NCBI RefSeq assembly: GCF_009914755.1
Contig: NC_060926.1
Length of the DNA: 64,000 nucleotides
Strand: one strand, 5' to 3'
DNA from: the human T2T-CHM13v2.0 reference genome, Homo sapiens
Shown: positions 24,926 to 36,334 of the stretch, piece after piece
Numbering within the stretch: the first letter of the stretch is position 1
How the letters are laid out: each line of letters begins with the position of its first letter
Translations under genes and position numbers: made by a program
The notes under the pieces: model-generated
Database searches by the model: none
Seen by the model: the letters and a program-made list of their open reading frames with translations, nothing else
Told to the model about the DNA's origin: nothing

Positions 24926-25549
24926 GTAGGTTATGCTAAGAAATCCATTTTGTGTGGAAGACACTCAGGCTCAAATATGTGTCCAAAGTCACACAGCTAT
25001 GGAGCAGCAGAACTCAGGTCTCTAGTGCACACAGCCCTGACTTACCGCAGTTCCACTTAACAGTTTTCAACTTTATAGTGATGCAAAAGCCATCCACAGT
25101 CAGCAGAAACCCTCGTGTGAGTCCCACACGGCCAGTTTTTCGCTTTCAGTACAGCAGTCAATGATTACATGAGGTATCCGACACTTGACTACAAAACAGG
25201 CTTCGTGTTGATGCTTCTGCCCACCGCAGGCTCAGGGCAGTGTTCTCAGCAGGCCAAGGTGGGCCCCCCTACGCTGTGCTATTCGGTAGTCAGGTGGACT
25301 CAGTCATTTTCCACTCGCAGCGGCCTTATCGGGCCGCAGCCAGGGGTAAGTTGAGCAGTGTCTGTACTTTTAGCTCCACCCTGGGTATTTTTAAGTGGCA
25401 GATTTACAACAAAAAATAAAAATAAAAATGAAAAAAATACAGCGTTCCAAATAGTAGGGGCATAAAAGGAGAGAATGTACGTTGCGGTCAGCCCATGCCT
25501 GGGAGCATAAGCACTTCAGAGGCATCACCAGGCGTGACTGGCTGTTCTT

Positions 25550-26720
25550 CCTGCTCTTCCTGGCAGCAGCGGCCTGGGCCTGAGAGGGATCGCCCTGGCC
25601 ACAGCTGTAGGCAAGGCTGCTGGGAGCCGGGAGCCGCCGCGCTCCGCGGTAGCGAGTCTGCGGCGCCACCTCGTGGGTGCTGCGTGGAACTCCCCGTGGT
25701 GCGGGCCGGGAAGGCCGGGTCCCCACAAAGCCGGAGCCCGAGCACAGCGGTGCGAGCTCGCCCCAGGGCATCCCACAGCACCTGGAGACGGGGGCTGGTC
25801 CCCCAAAACCCTCAGGAGTGAGAGGAAGGAGGTCCCCAGCCTGCTGAGAGCTGTCCTCTGAGCACGCACTCGCGCACACTCACAGGTGCATGTGTGCATC
25901 CTCAGGCACCCTGACGCGTTCACATGCATGTACACGCGTGTGCACACGCACAGTCTTTCACAAGCGTATGACGCGTTCACACGAGTGTGACGCGTTCACA
26001 GGCACGCACACTCCCTCTCCCTCAAGCCTGGAAGGCGCACTGGGCTCATAGGGGTGGAAACCTCTACCGCGGCAGAGGCACAGCACCAGGGCCAGGATGC
26101 TCGCTTTTATTTCAGACGTGAAAACCGAGGCCCGAAAGAGACAGCCAGTGTCCAACCCTGTCCAACGTCTCTGCTGATTGCGCCTCCTGTGTGCGGCCGG
26201 GGCCGGTGTGAGGGCAGCGGGCCCACCGCACGCCTGGCCCACCCCAGGGCCTCGAGCCACTTCCTCAGGAGCTGCTGGCAGCTGCAGCGACGGCGCGCTC
26301 AGAGCCCGAGGGTCCCATGGAGCCAGGCTTCCCAGCACACAGGCGCGGTGGAGCCTCGGGGTGGGCATACACCCCGTGAGCTCGCGGGGGCTGGGCACTG
26401 CGGGTCCTCGGGTGGGGACTCTGGAGTTCAGTCTTGAAGGACACAGTCACCGAGGGTCAGGGAACCAGGAAGGTAGGGAGGGTAGGGAGGGTGGGGAGGG
26501 GTGCCTAGGCCTAGTGGGAGAAGCATGTGAAAGTTCCCTAAGAGGGCTGGGGGTGAACAAGCGCTCGGCCCGGCCTCTCCCGGTAGACTGCTCTGGTGCC
26601 CCGGAGCCTCCCTTCTCCAAGGCCCCATGGACGCCCCCAGAGGGGTGACGCCCTCGCCCACGCTGAGCTCTGAGTGCTGCACGAGAACTCCCAGAGCCGT
26701 GTGCACACGCACTCCCCGTG
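25550..26720. promoter_or_regulatory. CpG-island-like GC-rich segment
   Basis: High GC and many CpGs relative to the flanks; not computed. Confidence 0.5.
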
Positions 26721-26739
26721 TTATAACTGGCATTAAGTG

Positions 26740-27310
26740 CACTCACATTGTCGCATATCCCCTACCACCGTCCATCTCCAGAACTTCTTCATCTTCGCAA
26801 AAGGAAACCATACCCATTGAACACCAACTTCCTCCTTTTGTTAACCATTGCTCTTTCTGTATTTGAATTTGCCCATAATGGGCCCCTCATGTAAGTGAAA
26901 TCGCAATGTATTTGTCCTTTTGTGGCTGGCTTATTCCATCTAGCACAATGTCCTCAAGGTTCATGCCTGTTGGCACACCTCTCAGAATTTCCCTCCTGGC
27001 TGGGTAATATCATAGGCTCACGCCTATTATCCTAGCTGTTAGGGAGGCAGAGGTAGGAAGATAGCTTGAACCCAGGAGTTCGAGACCTGCCTGGGCAATA
27101 TAGCGAGACCGCATTTTCCACAAAAAGAAAGAAAAAAAAGAATCTCCTTCCTGGTAAAGATTCAGTAACAGTCTACTGTATGCATAACCACATTTCGCTT
27201 GCCCATCCACTCACCCATAGACCCTCAGAATGCTTCTACCTTTTGACTCTTGTGAATCACGCTGCTTTGAACATGGGTGTGCAAATATCTGTGAGAGTGC
27301 CTGCTCTCAA
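26740..27310 (-). mobile_element. Old L1 3' fragment carrying an Alu monomer (~27010-27140, +)
   Basis: TTTGTCCTTTTGTGGCTGGCTTATT and GAACATGGGTGTGCAAATATCT are L1 antisense motifs, interrupted by an Alu left monomer with A tail. Confidence 0.75.
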
Positions 27311-27849
27311 AAAAATCCACATTCTTGGCACCATGAAGAATCACCTCTCACAGACACCAGGGAAAAGCAAGTCTGTCTGAGAGCAGAGGGTGAGGAGGGG
27401 AAAGCCGGGCTGCGGATCACAGTGGGTGGAGGAAAGCCCACCCTTGTGTTCCCATGTGTGGGAGGAGAGAGGAGAGATGCCCTCTAGTGAAGGAACTCTT
27501 GTAGCAGCCAGCTCCATTCCTGCTTGGCCTGCAGAGGGCCAGCTCAGGAGCCCAGACCAGGAAGAAGTCAAATGACTGACAAGATCCATCAGGAAGCAGA
27601 AGTGTGCTGTGTCTCATCGGCAACAACAAACAGAGCTAGGACCAGCCACCCACCCCCCAACCTAGGGGAAATGCATCCACCACACAACTACCACCGCTGC
27701 GCTCATGACACTCTCAGAGACAGGCACGGGAGCTCCTGGCAAGGCACAACCAGGGCAAGTGACAGTTTGCCAGTCCTGGGCAAGCAGACACTTATCCTCT
27801 CTCCAGTCCCCAATCCCACCAGCCTGCACAAGCAGAGAAACATCCTGCA

Positions 27850-29460
<1,611 letters not shown>

Positions 29461-29644
29461 AGTGATCTATGTTTGCCAGTGTCTAGGAAGAAACCTTGAA
29501 GGCGCACGCCAGACTGGCGGCTGGGTTGGCTAGGGAGGAGACGATGGGGTGGGAGCAGCTAAGGACGACACACACTCTTTTAACTCTGTTCCTGCGTTGT
29601 CGGGACGTTTACAAACTGAAGATATATATTTTTAATTAATTATT

Positions 29645-29908
29645 TTTTTTTTAAATTTTACTTTAAGTTCTGGGATACATGTGCAGAACATGTAGGTTTA
29701 TTACATAGGTATACATGTGCCATGGTGGTTTGCTGCACCTATCAATTTGTCATCTAGGTTTTAAGCCCTGCATGCATTAGGTATTTGTCATAATGCTCTC
29801 CTTTCCCTTGCCCCCAACCCCTGGATAGAACCTGGTGTGTGATGTTCCCCTCCCTGTGTCTACGTGTTCTCATTGTTCAGCTCCCACTTATGAGTGAGAA
29901 CATGAGGT
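29645..29908 (-). mobile_element. L1PA 3' UTR fragment
   Basis: TTTTACTTTAAGTTCTGGGATACATGTGCAGAAC...CCCACTTATGAGTGAGAACATG. Confidence 0.92.
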
Positions 29909-30149
29909 ACAAACTGCAGATATTTATACATTACTTTAAAGTAATTAAGTTAAACTAAACTAAATGTAAGCCAACTACATGTAAATAAATAAAACCAATA
30001 ATTAATAACAAGATAAAAGTAATTAATACTTAAATAATTACTAATTTATTTCTCAGCTAAAAATTAAAAATTTAGAAAATGTGGAAATGTGTTTCATAAT
30101 AGGAGGATATTTAAAATGAAAGGGCATTTCTGTAGTCAAAGGGGTAGGA

Positions 30150-32138
30150 GACTCACCCAAACAAGACACAACCTCAAAACCAAAAGGAAAACTATCAGGT
30201 TTGATTATACGAATACTGAAAACCTCTGAATACATGAAAGGCAAATTCTATATCCCATGAAACTACCCTTCAGAAATGAAGAGAGAAATAAAGACATTCT
30301 CAGAGGAAGAGAATATAGGAATTTGTCACTGGTCAATTTAGAAATGCTAAAAAATGGCTACGGAAATATGTTCTGTCATTTCCACAATACAAAAAATTAA
30401 AACAAAAAAATCAAAATAAAAAAAATGGCTATAGAAAGTTCTTATGCAGAAGGGATGAATATGGGACTATGGGAGGAGGGACAAAGGAAAGATGAGAAAT
30501 GTGGATACATACGCGAGACAATCCACAGTTCTTAAAATCACATTTGACGACTGAAACAAAAACTATACCACCACCTAATACTCAAGCCAGTGATTTATAC
30601 AAGTGGAAAAGGTAAAGAGACATAAATGCAAGGCAGGTTTCCACACTTTGAAGTGGTAAATACTGGTACCAGTAGACTACTATATTACAATACACATATT
30701 GTAACATCCAGAGCAAACACTTTAAGACTATACAAAGAGATACACGCAACAACATTATACAGAAATAGATCAAGATGGAGGGAAAGAAAAAGGAAACAAA
30801 AAAGCAAATAATAAAAACATCAGACATAAGCAATTATGTAACAATAAGCACCTTAAATGTAAATGGTCTAAATAAACCAAAAGACAGATTGATGGAGAGC
30901 CTATAATAAACACATGGCCCAACTAAATACTGTTCATAAGAAACTTCAAACTCACTTAAGGACCTAAGTAGGTTGAAAGTAAAAGAATGGAGAAAGATAT
31001 CCTGTGAAATCATTAATTTTTTAAGGAAGCAGGAGTGAATATATTAATATCTCATGAAGTAGACTTCAAGCAAAATAATGTACCAGAGCTGGAGAGGGTC
31101 TTCGCTGAATTTTAAGATCTAAAATTTCCTATGCTGCCTTGACATCTTTGAGCCTCACAGGGCCCCAAAGGCCTAGCCGTGGGTTTTCCTGTTTCTATCA
31201 GACACCCCCTACCCTGCCACCCAACAGGAAAGGCTCCCCACCTGGCTAGTTCTTTTATCAGCCAGAACAGTTGCACCTCAGCCTAAGAAGTTTCACTTCA
31301 CCTGTCTGCGAGCCCATGAATTTATTCAAACAAGCCAATTGCATTCCCCCTTGGGAACCATTGGTCATTGTGTGCTCTTGTTACTACCAAGCCCGCCTGC
31401 TTCCTCAGCCCGCAGCCCTCACTCCGCTACAGAGTGCGGTGCCCATCTGACCCTGTGTGGCATGCAGTGTCCTCCTCTGAGCTGTGGGTATATGCGACTA
31501 AAACACTGCTGTCAATCTCATCCATCCACGCCAGGTGTCGTGTTCAGCCATCTCCTACACTTTAGGGCAGGGACCCCTCCTTCACCAATGGGGTGAAAAG
31601 GAAGTGACCATAACAACTGCTTAATGACAAAAGGATTAACCCACCAAGAAGACATCTACTTCAACATCCTCCTCTTAGCAACTGTTAAAACTAGGCAGAG
31701 GCCGGGCACAGTGGCTCATGCCTGTAATCCCAGAACTCTGGGAGGCAAAAACAAAGGATAGCTTGAGGCCAGGAGTTCGAGCCTGGGCAACATAGCAAGG
31801 CCTCATCTCTCCAAAAAATTTTAAATTTAGCCAGGTGTGGCGGCACACACCTATAGTACCAGCTACTCAGGAAGTTAAGCCAGGGGAAGTACTTGACCCT
31901 AGGAAGTCAAGGCTGCAGTGAGTCATGTTCGTGCCACCGCACTCTAGTGTAAGTGACAGAGTGAAACTAGGCAGAAAAGGAGCAAGGATTTACAAAAGAT
32001 CTGAACAGTCAACCAGCAAAATCTGACATCCGTATAATACCCCACTCCCCAACAGCAAAACACACACATTTTTAAAGCCAATAGAAATCTACCAAGATGA
32101 GGTACACTTGGGGCAATAAAAGAACTCACAGCAAATCT
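30150..32138 (+). mobile_element. Old L1 ORF1-end/ORF2-endonuclease region, interrupted by an LTR (31079-31615) and an AluJ-like element (31700-31970)
   Basis: CCTTAAATGTAAATGGTCTAAAT (LNVNGLN) and GTTGAAAGTAAAAGAATGGAGAAAGATAT. The LTR runs from TGTACCAG to CATAACA. L1 text resumes at TAATGACAAAAGGATTAACCCACCAAGAAGACAT. Confidence 0.75.
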
Positions 32139-32139
32139 C

Positions 32140-33285
32140 GCTGTGTGCCCCTCTGCGCCGGCGCCGTGCCCCTCTCTGCGCCTTCTTTTCTCACCATGGG
32201 GAAGCGTCTGGGGGCCTCTTGAGGGACCCCCTAGATGCTTCTACTCAGAGCCCCAAAAGCCGGGGAGCCTCCACTCCTCTGTCTGCAGCCTCCCCTGTCG
32301 GTTCTCGCTACCCAGGGTTCAGTGGCCTGGGGGTGACGGAGGGGGTCGCCTCTGCCAAGGCCCCTCCCGGCGCCTCCCTGGCTCATCCAGCCCACCTTCC
32401 TCCCACGCTGGCTCACGCAAAGTGCTCTGGTCACCAGGAGCCCTTCCTGACCAGCCCCAGCCCCTTCTTGGCCTTCGCCCACCTGGCCTCCCCTGGAGCC
32501 CTGACCTGGGTGCCGGGCCTGCTGGGTCCAGAGCCCACCCGGCCCTGAACAACCCCGAGTCTCAGCCACCCTTGGTTCTTACCCTTTCACAGCTGGGGAG
32601 TGGAGCCTGGGCCTGCGCCTCTCCGAGCCAGAGCCGGCGCCAGCGCCTCTCCGCGCCTGCGCCGCCGCTGCGCGCCTCGCCGCCACTGTCTGCCTCTCCG
32701 CCGCTGTCCGTCTCTCCGCCGCGCTGCCGCTGTCCGCCTCTCCGCCGCTGTCCGCCTCTCCGCCGCTGTCCGCCTCTCCGCCGCGCCGCCGCTGTCCGCC
32801 TCTCCGCCACTGTCCGCCTCTCCGCCGCTGGCCGCCTCTCCGCCGCGCTGCCGCTGTCTGCCTCTCCGCCGCTGTCCGTCTCTCCGCTGCGCTGCCGCTG
32901 TCCGCCTCTCCGCCGCTGTCCGCCTCTCCACCGCGCCGCCGCTGGCCGCCTCTCCGCCGCTGGCCGCCTCTCCGCCGCTGGCCGCCTCTCCGCCACGCCG
33001 GCGCCAGCGCTGTGTGCCTTTGCGAGGGCGGAGCTGCGTTCTCCTCAGCACAGACCCGGAGAGCATTGCGAGGGCGGAGCTGAGTTCTCCTCTGCACAGA
33101 CTTCGGAGATACAGCGAAGGCAGAGCAATGTTCTCCTCAGCAGAGACCCGGGCAGGCGGGCTGGTGGCACCGCGAGGGCGGAGCTGCGTTCTGCTCTGCA
33201 CAGACCTTGGGGGCACTGCCTCGCTTTGGGACAACTCGGGGCCGCATGGACGGTGAATAAAATCCTTCCTGTTTGCAGCCCTGTT
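32140..33285 (+). repeat. TAR1-type telomere-associated (subtelomeric) repeat, interstitial
   Basis: 29-bp-type units (CCTCTCTGCGCC/GCGCCTGCGCCG) at 32143-32185 and 32610-32670. Four GCGAGGGCGGAGCTGCGTTCTCCTCAGCACAGACC-type units at 33022, 33068, 33114 and 33172. Then GGGGCACTGCCTCGCTTTGGGACAACTCGGGGCCGCAT...GGTGAATAAAATC, which normally precedes (TTAGGG)n. Confidence 0.85.
32655..32997 (+). repeat. 18-bp CpG-rich minisatellite (CCGCCGCTGTCCGCCTCT)n
   Basis: About 17-18 near-identical copies with occasional 4-5 bp GCGC(T) insertions. Confidence 0.92.
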
Positions 33286-33289
33286 TGTG

Positions 33290-33778
33290 GTTGGTGGCAG
33301 CGATGGACACTGCAGCCAGCCAGAGCGTAGAAAGACGTCGGGGTAAGTGCGCTATCCAGGCTGCACTGTGGGTGGCCTGGGACGGGTTGGGAGCCCTATC
33401 TCAGGCGTCACTGCCCGTCTTGGGTGGCCGGTTGGGTGTGCTATCTGGGGCTGTGCTGCCTGCACCGGGCGGGGGGGGGGGTGGTTTGGGGGCCAAACCG
33501 GGGCTGCACTGCCTTTGGTGGGGAGCCGGTTGGGGGCACTATCCCAGACTGTATTGCTGGCAACAGTGAGGTGGGCTAAGTGTGCTATCCGGGGCTGCAC
33601 TGTGCGGCTGTCGGGGGGGTGGCAGTTTCGGGTTGAGGGCGCTATGGGGTGCTGTAATGCCCATGGTGTGGGGAGGCAGGGCAGTTTGGGTATGTTGGGT
33701 GTGCTATTGGGGGGGTGACACTGCTGGTGGTAGGGGGCAGGGTGGGTTGGGGGCCATATCAGGGGCTGCACTGATGGC
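33290..33778 (+). repeat. G-rich degenerate tandem repeat (GGGTTGGGG-GCTATC-GGGGCTGCACTG), left part
   Basis: Recurrent CTATC...GGGCTGCACTG...GGG(T)TGGG units of ~35-45 bp. Confidence 0.8.
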
Positions 33779-35062
33779 TTTAGCTAGGATTTCTGGTACT
33801 ATGTTAAACAACAGTGGTGACAGGGGGCATCCTTATCATGTTCCAGATCTTAGAGGAAAAGCTTTCCATTTTTCCCCATTCCATATGATTCTAGCTGTGG
33901 GTGTCTTTCCTGTAGTTTTTATTATGTTGCGGTATGTTTCTTCTGTGCCCGTTTCTTTGAGGATTTATAGCATGAAGGGATGTTGAATTTCATCAAATGC
34001 TTTTTCGGTTTCAGTTGACGTGATGATACTGTTTTTGTCGTTTATTTGGTTGATATGATGTATCACATTGTATGTTGAGTGACCCTTGGGTCCCAGGGAT
34101 ACATCCCACTTGATCATGATGAATTATCTTTTTAATGTATTACTGAATTTGATTCACTGGTATTTTGTTGAGGATTTTTGCATCCATATTAGAGATCCTG
34201 GCCTGTAGTTTCCTTCTTTGATGCTTTTGTCTGATTTTGGTATCACAGTAATAATGGTCTCATAGAATAAGTTTGGAAGTATTCCCTCCTGTTTTTCAAA
34301 ATAGTTTGAGCAGGATTCGTACTAGGTCTTTAAATTGTTTGGTGTGAAGCCATCAGCAGTGAAGACATCAGTTCCTGGGCTTTTCTTTACTGGGAGACTT
34401 TTTCTGATGGCTTCAATCTCATTACTTGTTACCAATCTGTTCTGGTCTTGGATGTTTTCATTGTTTAACCAAAGTAGGTTGTATGCATCTAGGAATTTGC
34501 CAATTTCTACTAGGCTTTCCAATTTATTGGCATATAGTAGCCAGTTATGATCCTTTGAATTTCTGAAGTATTAGTTGTAATGTCTCCTTTTTTTAATCTG
34601 TTGATTTTATTTATTTGAATCTTGTCTCTTTTCTTAGCCTGGTTAAAAGTTTGTCAATTTTGTTTAGCTTTCCAGAAAACCAACTTTTCGTTTAATCTTG
34701 TCTGTTTTTTATTTCAATTTTGTTTGTGCTATGATCTTATTTATTTTCTTATTTTCAGTTTAGTTTGTTCTTTACTAGTTCTTTAAGATGTATTGTTTAT
34801 TTGAAGGTTTTCTTTTGTTTGGATGGTAGGCACTTATAGCTGTAAATCTCTGCCTTTGTACTGCTTTCTGCATAACAAGTTTTGGTATACTGTGTTTTCA
34901 TTACCCTTTGTTTCATGAAATTTTTGAATTTCTGTCTTAGTATCTTCATTGACCCACTAGTCATTTATTCAGGAGGGTGGTGTTTAACTTCCATGTGATT
35001 GTATTGTTTCCAAAATTGCTTTTCTTATTGATACCTAGTTTTATTCCTTTGTAGTGAAAGAA
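33779..35062 (-). mobile_element. L1 ORF2 internal fragment
   Basis: Antisense L1 text (GGTACTATGTTAAACAACAGTGGTGACAGGGGGCATCC, GAAGGGATGTTGAATTT). ORF 34322..34522 contains NEIEAIRKSLPVKKSPGTDVFT, the L1 ORF2 Z-domain motif. Confidence 0.9.
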
Positions 35063-36330
35063 GATGGCCACGGAGACAGACAGCAGCGTGGTCAGAGTGG
35101 TAGGAGCTGGCCATCAGCGAGAGCTGCTCCATGCCTGGCTGCTGGGTCCTAGAGCCTGTGGCCCACTGGCTTGCCTCACTGTGGTTGGTGGTGGTGGTGA
35201 CAGAGACTACAGGACGACCAGAGTGGTAGGACAGGGGCTATCCAGGGCTGTACCTTTCGCAGTGTGGGGTGGGTTGAGGGCGCTATCCAGGGTGTCATTG
35301 CCTGCATTAGGGGTACTGGTTGGTAGCACTGTACAGGGCTGCACTGCCCATGGCAGGGAGGGTGGGTTATGGGTGCTCTCTGGGGCTGCAATGCCCATGG
35401 AGGAGGACAGGTTAGGGCACTATCGGTTATACGCTACTGGCGGCATTGGGGGACGGAGGTGGGGGGCGCTATTGAGGGCAGGACTAGCCGTGGAGCGGGG
35501 GCGAGTTCGGTGCTATCAGGGGCTGCACTGCTGGTGTCGGTCAACAGAGTTGGCATCCAAGGAAGGAGTGGTTCTCCTCTCCCTGACTCCACACTCCAGA
35601 GGGCGACCCACTCTTGGTCATACTGGAGTGCAGCAGGGCACGCAGCATTTGCGTGGGAATCCTGAGCATGGCAGAGCCCCCACACCCACCGTGGTTCCTG
35701 GGCCTGTGTACTGTGGGTCTGTGCCTCAGAGGCTGCCAGGCACCCCTGGGGACACCACGGGGGACAGGGCCCTGTGCGTGGAGGCGTCCGGAACAGGAAT
35801 TGGCACCTGGGTGTGGAGGGCTGGCTGGGTCTGAATTTTTCTGCTTCTCCTGCTCCCTGAGGAGTGCAGCCCAGTGGGCCCAATGGTTCCTGTGGAGTGG
35901 GGAGCTGGATGCTGTGGTGTCTCCAGCACCCACCCCAGACCCCAGTTCCTGCCCAGCTTGGGCCAAAAGGAGAGGCTGGACTTTGGAGGGTGGGTGTGAG
36001 TGCCTTTGCTGAAACTGGCCCCTGCCACCCAGTGGCCGGCATGACAAGTTGAGGCTCTAACCCTTCCACCCCTCACATCTTTCTCTAGGCTTTTCTGGCT
36101 TTGCCCGCCCAGCTGCTCTGTGCCAGGAGGAGGAGACACCTAGAGCCTGCAACACCATGGCTCGCCTCACTGCGGGTGGGCGGCAGTGACAGAGACTGCG
36201 GTACACCAGAGCGGTAGGAGAGCGGCTGCGCTAGGAGGGCAGGCGGCTGCAGCCAGGGTTGGGGGTCAGGCTTAGAGCGATGGACGGGCTGCAGCAGTGG
36301 CCAGGTGGTAGGAGCCTTGTAGGGAGGGCT
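35063..36330 (+). repeat. Continuation of the G-rich composite repeat
   Basis: Same CTATC/GGGCTGCACTG units at 35230-35535. Module CCTAGAGCCTG...GCCTCACTG...GTGACAGAGACT...CCAGAG(T/C)GGTAGGA occurs at ~35148 and ~36139. Confidence 0.7.
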
Positions 36331-36334
36331 GGTG

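Noticed and set aside
32143-33330. 395-aa ORF with RRCPPL/SASPPL repeats
   Set aside because: Starts at a non-ATG codon, runs through TAR1 and the 18-bp VNTR, and other frames are open too; no domain recognised.
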